DNA of 53,745 nucleotides, filler included, from Basidioascus undulatus (Eukaryota), in the NCBI GenBank assembly GCA_000826855.1. It is 3 parts of 3 records of this genome, joined end to end, with 100 filler letters (N's around TTAATTAATTAA, not from the genome) between each part and the next. Parts side by side here need not be neighbours in the genome. Positions count along the whole stretch, not along the records: positions 35,909 to 53,745 come from JTLS01000507.1; 2 more parts are not named here. The stretch is one strand, 5' to 3'. The notes beneath the pieces were generated by a model. It did not search any database. It had not been told where the DNA came from and was given only the letters and a program-made list of their open reading frames with translations. The first letter of the stretch is position 1. Each line of letters begins with the position of its first letter. The position numbers were made by a program, and so were the translations under genes. This document shows, piece after piece, positions 36,573-51,033 of the stretch.

Positions 36573-38336
36573 ATGGCCGCCGCTGTCCTCCCGCCGCTCC
36601 CCTCGCGCACCTCGACGCCTGCGGACTTCCACCGTCTCCCGCCCACGGTGCCCCTCCTCCCGACCTGGCAGACGCAGCGCATCGTCGGGTTATTGGCTTG
36701 TCAACGTGATGCCCTGCTGCGCGAGGTCGACGCGACGGTGCTCAAGATCGAGCCCGTAGACGATCTGCCGGTCGTGGGGAAGGCGGTGCAGGAGAAGCAG
36801 GGGAAGGGGAAGGGGAAAGGCGGGAAGAAGGAGGAGACGAAGGGTTGGTGGGCCGTTGAAACGGATGATACGGTGCTCTTTCCTGAAGGTGTGTCTTGAA
36901 TTTGAAAGTCTTGATGGGCGTGGTTCAGCAGCTGAAGAAGACCGTACTGAACAGGCGGCGGTCAGCCGACGGATCACGGCACCATCACTTCCCTCACGTC
37001 TTCGTCGTCCGAATCGTTCCCCGTCAAGCACGTCTATCGCCTCGACCTGACAGCAGTACACTACCTGCCCGCTACCTCCTCCACTCCGCCGCTGGCTCCC
37101 GGAGACCGTGTCCATCTCACAGTCGACTGGGCCCGCCGGGTCGACCACGTCCGTCTTCTTTTCCCCGTCTTCTGACCCGTTCTACTTGGCTCGGTGTTGC
37201 TGACTCCGCTTTACCTTATTTTCACCATTAAGCAGATCCAGCAACACACAGGGCAGCACCTGCTCACCGCGCTGCTCGAGCGGCTCCCCGAGCCCATTCC
37301 GACCCTGTCCTGGTCGCTCACCGCGCAGCCCGCGCCGAACTACGTCGAGCTCCCTCGGGCGCCGACGCCGGAAGAGATTGCGCAGGTCCAGGCGCGCGCA
37401 AACGATCTCATCGCTGAGGGCCGGAAGATCTGGGTGGACGTGGATGTTGAGGCGCCGGAGGGTGCGCGGACGGGACGGACACTCCCGGACGACTACCAGG
37501 GTGGCGGTGCGTCTTATTCGCTGTTCATCAGCACTCAGGGTTATTTATCAGAATACTAATACGGTAAACTGCAGTCATCCGGACCATCTGCATCGACGGC
37601 GTCGACCGCAACACGTGCGTCTTACATTTCCCATGCCGACCGAAAGCGGCTGACGGCCGGTGCTCGTGTTACGCTGAACAGATGTTGCGGCACCCATCCT
37701 CCCTCGCTCTCCCTCCTCTCCTCCCTCTTCATCCTCCCGCACACGCAGTCCATCCGGGGTACAAACGTCAGGCTCTTCTTCCTAACGGGCGGGCGCGTCC
37801 TCTCGTACGTCTCCAGCGCGCACACCTCCCTGCGTGCAGCCGCGTCGCACATCGGCTGTGCGGTGGACGAGGTGCCGGGGCGGGTGGAGGCGTACGTGCG
37901 CGGGTCGAAGGAGTCTGCGAAGCGCGAGCGCGCGCTGCTGGAGCAGCTTGCGCGGGGTGTCGTAGAGCAGCTCCGGGGCTTGGGAAAGGCCGCGCACCTC
38001 CACAGGGAGGGCGAGGCGACGGAAGGAATTGAGTTCCTGGCTCTGGTCTCGCAGCTCTTTACCCCGCCCGAGGAGTGGAAGGGGCCCTACATCGCTGCGG
38101 TTACTACGCCAGGCGCGGCGATCGTCTTTGGGTCCGTGGACGCCGTGGCGAAGGCGCAGGAGTGGATCAAGGAGGAGAAGTGGTTTAGCGGGAAGGTCAG
38201 GGGCGGCGGTGGGAAGGGGAGGTGGCAGGGCAAGGTGGTCGGAGGGACTTTGGACGAGGCGGACAAGACGAAGTGGGGGAAGTTGGTCAAGGACGTGATC
38301 GCTTTGACCGAGGAGAGGCAGGAGGAGCAGAAGTAG
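36573..38336 (+). CDS. AlaX-like alanyl-tRNA editing protein (AARSD1/YNL040W type, tRNA_SAD domain), multi-exon
   Basis: VGLLACQRD, DTVLFPEG|GGQP, VDWARRVDH, QQHTGQHLL (HxxxH), IDGVDRNT|CCGTHP (CxxxH), KVRGGGGKGRWQGKV. Confidence 0.9.
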
Positions 38337-39880
38337 AAGGACTAGGAGCAGTTATTCATTCATAGATTTTTCGCAATATGAACATGGATTGCAGTTTTCG
38401 CGCGCACTGTCGCCGCAGCCGCCCACTGCGGGGCTTCAGCGTATGGCGTTGCTTGCTGTAGGCGCTCGAACCATTCCAAGCTGCCCACACGCCTGAACTC
38501 AATCGGCATCGCTTTTGCCTTCGTTGCTCTCGCTTCCAATACACTACAGCGGCTGAGCGTTTTCTCAACGCGGTCTAAGTACTCAGCACTCATAGTGTGA
38601 AAGGGCACTACACGGGCAAAAGCTCCGCCGCCAGGACGCATTCATGGTACTGTGCAACAGGTGCATCATCATGTCGCGTGGAATCTCATCGTTCACAGCG
38701 CCGAACTCTCCAGCTCCAGGGCAGAGAGTGAGCAACTCTGGAAGGACGATATCTGTTCCGAGTGCTTGTTTCGGCAATGCGGCGGAACGTGAACAACCGC
38801 CGACGCCGTGGATGAAAGAGAAATGCTGGTTTGTTGAAAGGGTGTCAGCGACGCAGGTGAGACTGCGGTTATATTTAGTTATACTGCATAAGCTGATACG
38901 GGCGCGACTGGGGCCTCGTAGGGCGGCGGCGGTGTTGGCGAAGAGGAGGAAGACTCCGAAGAGGGACCTCGTTGAGCTGGGCCAGCTCGGCCTCGAGTTC
39001 GACTGAAAAAGAAGCTCCCATTGATCAACATGCCTGGATCACATAAAAGCCTTAGTCGGATGTACCAACTTTGCGCTCCAGAACCATTCCTCTTACTTCC
39101 TTCGCTGCGGCCATACAGACAGACGCGCGGTTTGGACGCGCAGGCTCCGCAGACGGGTTTCGTCCCGTCGCACTTCTGTATGATTCCTTCCTTATTGCGA
39201 TGAGAGTCCGTATACCCAGTTAGCCATACAGAATACGAGATACTGCCTTACGACTTTCAGAAACCGACATGGCTGGCAAGCTTTGCCATGCTGCAGCCCC
39301 CACAACAACGGTCAGTCCAAGTGTCGCACCTTGACACCGACCGGACTGCACCTTGAGGTTCGAAGGAGAGCGTGATGCGATGGTCGACGACTTGCAGGAA
39401 ACCGAAGCGTTCAACATATTAGCAATGTTGCGAAGGTGATGGTCCCAAGGCAAGTTGCAGTTGGGCAGGTGCATGCTGTGATGCCGATGGCCGCACCGGC
39501 GCGCTCGGCATTCCCTCTCTTTGCGCGAGGGACCACGTTTCTGTATAACAAACAGTTTTGTCCTCTGAGCCCGTTAGCAGCACCATGCACAAGCATTGAA
39601 AAAAAAAACGGCCAATCCGCAGGACAGAGCGAGCATCGCCGCTGTCCTCCATAGGCAAAGCAAGCATTGCATCGAGTCCATCTAAAAGTATGCGCAAGGA
39701 GGTGGGGCTGTAATACACGAGTTACATAATGATTTGTTGGGAAAACAGGGGTATCAGGGTAGCAAGAAAATTTTGTGAAAGTCGGGGGAGGGAGAATGCA
39801 AGTAGTGAACGCGCGACGGAGTGGAGGACGAAATGTGCGGGGTTGAGAGGAACGAAAAAGCAAACGAAGAAACGGAAGTG

Positions 39881-42800
39881 TCAGAATGCGTGCGGTCGGT
39901 CGTCAAAGCTCTGCCACGATGTGTGATGATCTCGTCGTTGCGGCAGGGGCTCTTGTTGAGCAGCGACGTTATCCCACACCCCGGCCCCCGAGGCACTCGC
40001 GTCGGACGGGTACCGGTCCTCGTGAGCTGTTTGCCACGACCCCTGGCTCGCCTGACTGTTCTCCGTCATGTGTGCCACGGCGAAGTCAGGCGGCGGCGCG
40101 GAGTTGACGTACAGCGCCGGCTGCGACGGGGGCGCGTAGCCGGAAGGGCTCGACGGCGCTGAGCCGTATGCCGAGACGGGGCTGGTCGGTTGCAGAGTGT
40201 CGTTGGACGACGCCCGCTTGTCGACTGCGCGCCACGACGGCTGAGGGGAGGCCAGGCGCGGGGAGGTGTAGGCGGCGTCGCCGTAAGCGTTGTCGCGATG
40301 AGGAGAAGATGGGATAGGAGCCGGAGAGAGCGGGGCTGGAGGTGGAGATTGGAAGGTGTCGGGGGATGCGGCAGATGGCGAGGGAAGGTTTGATGGGTCA
40401 TAATATGAGAGGGGACTCGGCTGCGGAGGCTGATATTGACGTGATGCGCGGTTGGCAGAAGGGTTCGGGGGGTACTGGGCGGGCTGATTGCGCGCATTGC
40501 TGTTCGGGGGGTAGGTGGCGCGGGCCAACTGCGGCGAGGAATCCGGGGTGGACGCGTTGGAGTACGCGGTCGTCGGCGGGAAGTACGAGCCGTCGAAAGC
40601 GGAGTCCTCGGACCCCGCCGTCGACGCGCCTCGCTTACGTGCGAGCGGCTTGACGAACGGGGAGTTCTCCGGATCACGGTCACGGTTATCTGATCAAGGA
40701 AATGATTTATTAAAAGGTGACGAAGGGCGGTGCGATGGACAACGTGACGAATGCTGCTCACGATTGAGGTCGCGGCGGTGCTTGATGCCGAGCTGGTCTT
40801 TCAGGTCACCGGCAACCCACTGAGCAAATGCAAAGTCAGACTGCTAGCAGAGTATGAACACGGCGTCAAAGCAAACGCACAGCTTCGCGGATGATGTCCT
40901 TGTCCATCGGCCAGACCGTGGTGGAGATGAACTTGATGAGGAAACGCGGCGCGAGGGCGAATGTCGCAGCGATGACGATCGTGAGCCAGAAGTCGGCCGA
41001 CGACGCAAGCTTTATGATCTCGCCGTAGAAGAAGAACGTGTGGAACGCCGAATAGCTGAACGTCGCCAAGATTGCTCAGTAACGGGCCCGGCCAGTCGGA
41101 AGCGGACAATACTCACATGGCGGTCCAGACGAACACCAATAATGTGCTGATGACGACGATGACCCAGACGAGCCACGTCCAATAGCGCATGTTGAGGCCG
41201 ACGTAGGCGTTCGCGCTCAGCACGGCGGTGCAAGCGAGGGTCGCGCCGAAGTCCCAGAGCGCGTTGTTGTCCCGGCCACTCCAGGAAGTGGATGTGCCGC
41301 CGTCGTACACCTGCGTGGCTGTCAGCTGGGCTGCCAAGTATGCTTGTACAGGACAACCGACTCACAGCATAGCAGACGAAGAAGCAGACCGCCGACTGAT
41401 ACACGCCATCGATGACGTACAGCCAAAACTTGAGTCGCGTGTATTCGAGCCCCTTGATTCCGCGGACGTAGAGTTGGGGGAAAGCGAGCGAGGCGGCGGC
41501 GTTCGTGTCTTGGTCGAAAGCTGCGGACAGGGCGGGTCAGCTCGACGCAGCAGTATTAGAGTGTGTTGGATGCGCACCGCCAAGAACGATGACCGGTAAG
41601 GACGTGAAGATCAGATTATAGAGCATGATGTACGCTGAAAGGAAAGCCCCAGTTAGCTCTGGAAATGACAGAACAAGCATTGGCTATTATACGCACTGTA
41701 TTCTGCGCGATCGCGGAGAAGCCGCAGGTTAGCGTCAGCTTCTTATACAGAATTGCGGCGAAGAGTTGCGCTCAGCATACCGTAAACGTAAGTGGCGTCA
41801 AAGCTGGTATGATTGAAGTCAGTTAGCACCTCGGAAGGGAAAAAGAATCAGAAGGAGACGCACTGGCTGAAGCACAGGAAGAAGAACATCGAGATCGTCC
41901 AGATGACTGTCGAAACGGGTCAGCTCCGTGCGAGCCCCACAAGACTGCGAAAGACGCACTGTTCTTGTAGAAGAAGTTGGCGTGCATCTCTGCCACGCGG
42001 TTGTAGGACCAGCGGCCGTGGACGAGCAGGAGACGAGTAAGGACTGCGATCGGGTCTGTCAGCAGGACGAACAGGGAAGACCCGGAAAGGTAGGTTGACT
42101 AACAGCGGAATTGACCGATAGCGTAGTCGGCTGACATGGACGCCTGAGCGCCCTCGAGACCGGCGATACCGACGCCGATGTTGGCTTCCTGGATCATGGC
42201 GACGTCGTTGGCGCCGTCACCGATAGAGAGCGTCATGGCGTTGCGACCCTCCTTCACCTGTTCACACCACCTGCAGTTCAGTCGCTCGTTCTGTTAAGGC
42301 AGTCTTGGGTAGCTGCATGTACCAGCTTGACCGTCAAGGCCTTCTGCGCTGGGGAGACACGGCAGCAGACGACGGTTTCGCACTGGGTGCCTAGCGCGAG
42401 GAAGAGCGGCTTGAGCGCGGGGTCGAGCGCGTACCGGAGCGTGTCGCCGTCGATGACGACCGCGAAGCCGGCTGCGGGGTTGGGCGTGCCGGGGCCGTAG
42501 ACCTCCTTCGCTGCGCCAGTACGAGGAACGCCCGCGACGGACGCGATCTTGTTGAGGCCGGCTTCGATCTGGGCGCGAGCGGCTTCCTCGCTGTCCGCCG
42601 AGAGGATCATCATCTCCATATCGTTCGAGAGCAGGTTGCACGAAAAGCCTGCAAAGAAATGACTGGATGTTCAATTTCGGCACAGCCAGCGAAATGTTGC
42701 GCAGAAAATGATCGCACCGATCTCGATCGCCGTTTGCAGCTTGTCGCCTACAATGTGTGCAGAAAAACTTCAGTACCGATAAAACGAAAGGGGATAGCAG

Positions 42801-45800
42801 GCGACGAACCAGTCAAGATCCAGAGCTTGATGCCAGCCTTGTGCAGCGTCGCGATCGCATCCGGCACGCCGACCTGGAGCTTGTCCTCGAGCGCGGTCGC
42901 GCCGAGAATGATGAGCGAGTGCTCCATGAATTCGCACGCCTTGTCGATCTCCTCGTCGCGGTCCTTTACCGCAGCCGCCGCGGCGTCGTACACGCGCGCC
43001 CAGTCGAAGTACTCTTGCTCAGTGAGCGGGCGGTAGGCGATGCAGAGCGTGCGCAGGCCGGCATTGGCGAACGACTCGAGGTCGCGCTGCGTCGACGACT
43101 TGAGCTCCTCATCGTGGTCCTCGCGCAGGCGCTGGTAGATGACGGAGTCTGCGCCCTTGCAGATGAGGAGGAGCTTGCCCTCGGGGTTGCGGACGATGAC
43201 GCTCATGCGCTTGCGGGACGAGTTGAACTCGAGCACGCGCAGCGGCACCCAGTGCTCGACCTGGCCCATGACCTCGATGTCGATCGACGAGTTGCTCCGG
43301 TTGACAAACGGGAAACCGACGTCGCGCGCGGTGGCGACGAGCGCGGCTTCGTCCGGCGACTGCGCCTTGTAGTCGATTTCGTACGGCTTGGAGTCGTCCG
43401 AGACGGAGGCGAGGACGTCGTGGCAGAGCGCGAGAGCGCGGAAGAAATGCGCGATGCACTCGCGCTGCGGCGAGGTGCGGTCCGCCATGTCGCGCGCAAG
43501 ATTCGGCGCGACGAGGGTGAGCTGGTCGACGCGCATGTAGCGGTTCTTGAACGTCCGGCCAATCTGGCTGACCATGTCCTCCTTCTGGCGCGCAAGCGTC
43601 GCCTCTTGCTCCTCCGGGTCGAACGCCATCTCCCGCCCTTCACGCTTCGCAGCGCCGAGCATCGCCTCGGTAATGCCCTCGCCGTAGGCGATGCCGTGGA
43701 TAGAACATTTCTTGAACTCCATGACCTATCACCGCGAAGAGCGTCAGCTGTATACACACAGGCACATGGACGAGATGCGCACATTCTGCGTGAGCGTGCC
43801 GGTCTTGTCGGAGAAGATGTACTCGATCTGGCCGAGGTCCTGTAACACCACACTGTGTCAGAGAATATACAGCGTATTCGAGTGGAAAGACCGCCTCACG
43901 TCGGAGATGTTCCTGAAGCAGAACATGTCAGCGCAGGATTCCACATCAAATATCGGAATCGGCGTACCAAGTCTTAGGAACGCAAGGGTGGTCGAGCGGC
44001 GCGTAGTACATCTCAATGTCCTGTAATCACCATCAAAAAGTCAGTGACAGCGCGCTTCACGCGAAACGATGCTCGCACGAACCTGCCAAATGAAGAACGC
44101 CTGAATGGTCTTGACGATCTCGATCGAGATGTACAGCGAGATGGGGACCTGCAGATGTGTCCGTCAGACGAGAACGACGAGCAAAATACAGCCTGGACGC
44201 ACGATGTTCTGGAAAGCGATAAGGCAAGCGCTGCGGGAATGGGAGTGGTACTACGTCAGCCGGCCGCTGCGTATACTCTATGCACGAGAGCGGGCACGCA
44301 CCAGAAGGTGATGACCGAGTTGAGGACTATGTTCTCGTCCTCCATGGCGCCAATCTCGTACCAGTGCGCGCTCGTCTCGGTCCTCGACCAGAAGATGCCG
44401 TTCGCGATGGCCGAGACGAGACAGAGGACGATGAGGATGACGAAGTTCATGACGACGTTAAAGTTTGTCTCCTTCTCGATCTTGCTGCGCTTGCTCGGCG
44501 TGTCGCCGCCGTTGAGCATGATCTTGGTGTCCGCGCCGGTGAAGACGACGAGACCGATGATCCAGTTGGTGTTGCGGACTGCGCACCCGCGGAGGAGGAG
44601 CTCATTGATCGTGACCGGCTCGATCTTTTCCTCGGCGGGCGCACCCGCCTCGGTCGGACGCGCGCGGTAGCGCAGCACGCCGTTGTACGTGTAGAGGTTG
44701 GCGTGCGGCGGTTCCGAGTCGATGATGAACCGCGCGTGCTCGATGTCCTCCTCCGACGCGAGGCCGGCCGTCGCGCGCAGCGACTTGCGGACCTTCAGAT
44801 TCGTCTCGCCGTCGAGGTTCTTGGTCTCGACGTAGGCGAGGCCGTCCGCGTCCGAGGTCGAGAGGATGACGATGTCTGCCGGGACCTGGTCGTTCTCGCG
44901 CAGGAGCACGACGTCGCCGACTTCGAGCTTCTTCCACAGCGTGCGCTCCCACCGCGCCGTCCCGGGCGCTTGGATCGCGTAGTCGACGACGCCCACGGCA
45001 GACGCAGAAGGGGCGGTGGATGGCGCGGTGGAAGACTGGATGGTGTTGGAGCGGCCGCGGGAGGAGTGGAGGACGGGGACGATGGGTTCAGGCGAGGAGC
45101 GTCCTTCGGACATGATGTCGCTCATCGGGTAGGTGCTCTCCTCCGTCGTCATGCTCGCCGCGTCGCTCTTGCGCCGCCCACCGGACGCCTTCCCGATGGG
45201 AGGAAGCGCGGTCAGGCCGGAAGCCTCCTTCTCGCGCAGGCGTCGTACACCCTTGGACGGGCCCTGGTTGATGCCGAAGAGCTTCTCGAAGAAGGAGCGC
45301 CGGTCGGTCGGCTGGTTGACGTTCCGCCATCCGCCCAGCTTGGTCGTCGCGCTGTTGTTGACCTGCTCGTCGATGACGGCTCGACGGTAGTCCTCGATGC
45401 CGTCCTTGATGGCGGTGATGGTCAGGATCGCGACGAGGGGAAGCATCGCAACCTGCGGAGCGGCTGCGCCGAACATGGGGAAGACTGCAAGCCATGAAAG
45501 ACGTTGGGTGAGCAGGCGGCCTGGCAGGGTAGCGAATTGAGGCGGACCTTGGAGGACGACAAGGGCCAAGAAGTAGATATTGGCGACACGCCGGAACTGC
45601 TCGAAGAGGTTCTTGGGGATGAAGGTGACGATAGTGTATTCTGGGCGCGGATGGGGCAGCTTGGTGAGTTCCTTGAAGTGAGGATTGATCCTACGCACCC
45701 TCGCACATCCTCCGACCATAACTACCACCTCCCGAATAAGAACGCGATACTCACTGCTTGTTCGGACCTTATTCCTCGGATAGCTCGCAATCGGCTCGCC

Positions 45801-46169
45801 CTTCTTGAGCTCGTTCTCGGGCAGCGGGAGGTTAACGTAGACGTTCCTCCTCGCTCCCGGCACGAAGCCCTTCTTGACGCCGTCTGCCTCGCCGCCCGCC
45901 ATCTCCACCTCCCCTTCATCCCCGAGCGACTCCCTGCTCTCCTGCTCGCGCTTCTTGCGCCCAAAGAGCGAGCCTCCGAGCGGATGGCGCTTGCTGCGGC
46001 GCTTACGGCGCGCGTCGCGGCGCTCTTCGGTGCGGATGGACTCCGCGATGGAGTGCGACGCGGTGCGGACGGTGCGCAGTCGGAGGTCGGGGTCGATGTT
46101 GGCGTTCTCATCGTCGTCTGTATCTACGTCGTTGTCGAGCGCCGGGTGGCGGCGCGGAAACAGGGGCAT
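39881..46169 (-). CDS. DNF1: P4-type phospholipid-translocating ATPase (Dnf1/Dnf2-like), many exons
   Basis: [129 protein letters not shown]. Confidence 0.93.
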
Positions 46170-47949
46170 CGCTGGTCACGGCTGCAGCCCGACGTCGGCT
46201 GAGACCGGCGTGGAAGTCGGGGTCGGAGATGCGGTCGGGGGAGGAGGCGGGCGGTGGGGGGAGGGGATAGGGGAATGGAGGGTCGATGGACGAGGAGAAG
46301 CACGAGGTGTGCACGGGTGCCGGCTGTACAAGACGCGAATGAAAACGTGAGAGTGTAAGACCGGACTCGGCGTTGCAGCTTCAGATGAGAGAGGGGTTCG
46401 TCCGGTCGGCGGGCGCGATCCGCTCTGCACCGAACCTGTATTGCCCTCTCGGGCCATCAGCACAGCGTCCGAGAGCAATGTTTTCGGAGATTTTACCTGT
46501 GTATCGCCTGCTAGGATATGAATCAGTCGAAGCGAGTGTACGAGGAAGACTTTGACTCTCGAGTCGGGAGAGCGTGTAGACCGTCGGTGGGCAACCCGCG
46601 ACGGCGACGGCGGCCTCAGCGACGCGCGATGCCTGGCGCTGCCTCACCACAGCCTGTTCTCGGGAACAGCCCCTGGAACTGCGTTCTCTTGGCTAGCAGT
46701 GCTAGTGCTCAGGCCGCACAACAACCTCTACAATTTAAATAGGATGCACTAGGCTTTTACCCCTGTCTTCTACCTCCTGATAGTCTGTAAGGCCGGTATA
46801 CCGACTTACAACGCGCAGAGAGATCTACACATTTATATTGCCTGTCTCGCTTGACATGTGCTGACACGACACGTGCGAAAATATGGCGGTCAAACTCAAA
46901 AACTTTGGTGGTTGCTTGATAAGCCTTGGATCTCGGCCGTTTCTCACGATAGTGGACTTGTCGGAGTGACCGTCTCTGCGGTCTGACCGTACTTCCCACT
47001 TCCTGGCGCAGTGCGGATAGAAGGTACTCCTTGCCTTAGAGACCGCTGAGGAAATTGAAAGCACTATAAAACGATTATTAGAAGGTCTTTGTAGAAGTTA
47101 TAATGCCAGTTATGCAGAGATACTGAGCAAACGACCCAAAACCTCCATGGTTGTCAGCAGGTCTGACAGCAAGGGACTGTCAGGCTGACGGGACAGCTGC
47201 GTGGGAAATCTGACCCTTCTGCTTTGCACAATTACTTGCTCGCCTCCCACTAAAAGGGAGCGTCTGTGGTTTCAGTGGTAGACAGTAGATATATAGCGCT
47301 ACAAAACAATATATGGGAGTCTTTCGTCAAATCAGTTGCGAAGCTACATGCGACTTTTTCTTAAGGGGACGGTCACCCCGACGAGTCCACTATCGCAACG
47401 TTTCTTTTGAACAGAGTGTCTTTCGCTCGCTGCTTCATTCGCACACTCGTGAGTCCGCATTTCTGCAGAAGTTTCTGAAAATATGCCCTCGAGGGCACCA
47501 AAGTATGTAGGTAGAGCTAGAGCCTAGGGCAACGAACCGCCGCTGTTGATGGTCCCTGACCGCAGTAGCAGTCCTGAAACATCACCGCCTTCTGTTGCCT
47601 CGCCGGTGTTGCTTGAGGAAGACGCCGACCTCACGCACTATAACCAAAGAAGAAGAGAAAAGGAATTTTCTGCAGAAGTTGGCACTTGAGCTCCAAAGTG
47701 CTCGTAGGTAGCAGTGTCGAGTTGTTGGCGTAAACGGGTTATTGCAAGCTGCCGGCATGAAGCAAGGTATGATGTAAATTACTTCATCGCTGTATGAACA
47801 AATCGGCCACTACCTGGTCGCTTCCGAACCGCCCATCTCGATACTGTCGTCCGCTTCCTGCTCCGGTAGCGAACATTGTTAGCTCCATGCCCGCCCTTCT
47901 TAGAGTCCGGACTTGCAAACTGAATGAACCGAGACGTATCCAGGAACTA

Positions 47950-50460
47950 CAGTCTACAAGAGGACCGTCAGGCTTCTATTTCTAAGCTGGTAAAACGTCT
48001 ACGACTTACCACGTACCACAACACGAAATTGGTGCCGAGGACGCCAAGTAGCGAGACACTGTCGTTGCCGTTGAGGCCGTATCTACCAGCGGCACCTGCA
48101 GGGAGGTGTTCGTTCAGTTTTTGTGTTTACATATGTTGGATACCTCAGCGGAAGCCGAACATACCTAGATTCTCGATTCCGCGGAGAAGCCAGCGAGGCT
48201 CACAGTATCCTTGGGATCGGCCGAAAGGTTTGCAATGATACAGTATAGCTGGATAGAGACAGCGCTTCAGTGAAGGGACGGAATGAAGAGTACTTTGGAC
48301 GCACCTGATTCTGAAAGGTGTAGTACCTGGGTCAATTCAAAGAAATTCTGCAGTCAGTGAACCGTAGTTCCCCCGCGTGGGCGCAAACACCTACGCCGAC
48401 ATATAAACCAGATAGAGCGCCCATCCCCTGTCAAATATGTGTCCATCAGCCCATTCCAGCTTGGGCTCGGATTTGAGGTACTCGTTCTGCTCTCCGAACG
48501 CTGGGTAAGCCAGAAGCGCAGGTCGTTCAGGAGTGTCCGCCACTGCGCACCTGAATGACCGTGCCCAGATCCACATGGCGCCATTCACAACGACAAAGAA
48601 GAGGTAGCTGGTCCAGGGCCCGCATTCGCTTGGAAAGACGCGTCCAGTCGAGGAAGACTCCGAGTGCGAGGTTCCCTAGTACGCTGAGGATGGCGACCAG
48701 GAGCGAGGCGAGAGCCCGCTAGCGCACACTAAAGTAGAGGGAAACGAGCGTCCCGGAACTGTAGGTGCCAGTCAGTATCTCCTTGGGATAGCAGGAAAGG
48801 GAATTGGAAACCGACTAGGAGGCAAGCCAGTTGCTATACAGGGTGACCGGCATGCTGAGGTGAGGCTTCGTCAGTCAGGTTACCACCTTGACTATAATAA
48901 CGAGAACCGTACGTACAGGAGGAGCATCTCTTTATGGATCAAGCACCTCCAGTGTTCTCCATATTGACCGCCGTGCCGTCTTTGCGTTGGATCTTGCTAG
49001 GCGCTGAAGGGACATTTGAGGGGTGTTCGTGTTCAATGTCCAATCAGTTACAAAACGCAGAGCTGCTTGAGGCTGCTTACGCGATAGAAGCACAGCAACA
49101 AACGGAGCGAGGCATTCTGCAACGGTGGTGAACAGTATGTGAGGTGCCGTGCCCGTTTACACGGAGATTCCTCCGGCGTTTGGCCTACATCAGCCTCACG
49201 AATATTCGCCGCCAACCCCAAGAGCTCGAAACACTCACATAAGTCTTACTGGCTGACCGACCCAGCTGTGCTCGTGTTGACGTTCAACGCGAAGTTGATC
49301 TGTATACAAGTTTTGAGCAGCTTAGTAGCCACGAGAATAGAGATGCACAAAAACGTACAGCGCCACCAACGATAGAACCGGCGGGTTTAAAACTGTAAAC
49401 AAGATGCTTGATTAGAGTCGTCTCCTGGACTCAGGGACGACTGACTGCACGTACCCAAGCCACATGCCCAGGTACCTTCCAACTTTGCGAGGCTCGGGAT
49501 CTGGAGCTCGTGAGATAAATGTCTGTGCAACGTCTCAACCGATGAAGCTTTAGAACTCGCAACCCATCATGATGGCGCCTGCGAACATCAACCTCAGCAT
49601 ATCATCTAGTAAAGCTGGCCAAACGCCTCACCTTCGGTGCACCTGAAGATCCCACCAAAAACCTGCACATGGAAGAGCCAAAGTAAATCAGCCATGTGCT
49701 GCCGTTTACCTTGTTGTCGTATAGGCTGCGTCAAACGCTACTCAGTGCCAACATCTTAGTATCAAGAAGGTCGATACACCCACCCTGCGGAGTAGACTGT
49801 AATGTGCAACGCTCTGAGTAACCTTTATAAAGCGTACTTCCTCTCACCATGATGAACCACCCACGTACGTGCGTAGCCCTGCCGGGAAGGATGTGTTCAG
49901 TGAGCACGCTCAGGACTTTCGTGACTGACAAGCTTACGAGTGTTCCGTGACAAGGGACCACCGGAAGCCAATCAGCTTGAACAAAACCCTAATGAAGGCT
50001 TAGTGTCAGCTTCGCGGTCCGATATTTGCTCAGTATGACGTTGTCGCACCGCCGACAATGTAGGTCACCGTCAGAACAGCGTAGAGAATCGCGTCCGCCG
50101 CATTGACAAGATACGGTGACTGAGCGCCTAATGAGTGAGAATTTATGAGTCAGAAGTATTGTATATTGTCTAAATCAGATGCCGCTCACCTCCAGCGTCG
50201 GTTGAGTTCATGCTGGAAAGCCAGTTCAGCGTAGTCACAAGTCAGGATCGCGACGATCAACATTTACCTGTTCTAGAGTCCTGTCAAAAACCATCTGCGT
50301 CAGCTCAATTATAATGAATCATTTTCAATACATGCTTACTGGGGCCAGAAAGGTGCACAGTCCCACAATCAAAGACTGAAAGAGCGGTGTACGGAAGAAG
50401 TTCCGCTTCCAGGGCGGCTGGGCTGCATCGAGCTCATCGCCTACGACGTATGAGAGACTT
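47950..50460 (-). pseudogene. UNC-93-like MFS transporter pseudogene, many small exons
   Basis: Collinear fragments FRTPLFQSLIVGLCTFLAP, GAQSPYLVNAA, LIGFRWSL, SLYDNKVNGSTWLIYFG, GGIF.CTEG, PEPRKVGRYLGMWL, INFALNVN, PSKIQRKDGT, YFSVR*RALASL (TAG at 48719-48721), LRGIENLG. Several frameshifts. Ends approximate. Confidence 0.8.
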
Positions 50461-51033
50461 ACATTTTTTTATTGTCTACATATGCTTCAGTAACTTCGGG
50501 GCTCGGGTCTGCTGCTGCCATGCCGGAGAGTGTGATAGTGTGTGGTCAACACGCGTTGAAAGGGGGGCGGGGGAGCAATGCAGTGAGTGCGATCCGACCA
50601 AGTCGGCTCGGTTTTGTACCTTGAAGTCCTGTGGGGTCCCGTGATAAGCACTATAAAGATCATAACGACAGCCATAAGGTCATGTAGCGGTGTGGCAGCA
50701 ACAATGCCGCCCCCGAGGCCGCCCCCACGCGAGAGTGGGGGCGGGACAGTGGAGGCGGCGACTGGTCCGACGGAGGACGCACTGCTGATAACGGGTGGGG
50801 GTTGGCAGATACGGCTGACTCGTTCCTGATGAGATCCGGGACAGTGAACCTTGCGGTTTTCCAAGAGGGGGCGCGCTCGATACGACTGATAAAGCGAGGC
50901 TGCCTCGCGAGAGCAATAAGAGTAGGCAATACACAAAGCATCATCTCCCTGAAGTGCCCCTTATGGTCTACTGGTAGCCGCCCAGCTCAGGCGCAGTGTG
51001 AACGCGCCCTAACGCTTCTCCTGGTCTTGATAG

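Noticed and set aside
42757..45497. Long plus-strand ORFs (362 aa, 405 aa) and similar ones at 26395-27279 and 13540-14125
   Set aside because: Antisense shadows of GC3-rich exons of DNF1, POP1 and RQC1.
47260..47302. GCGTCTGTGGTTTCAGTGGTAGAC resembling a tRNA 5' end
   Set aside because: No T arm or matching acceptor strand upstream or downstream, and no proper anticodon arm.
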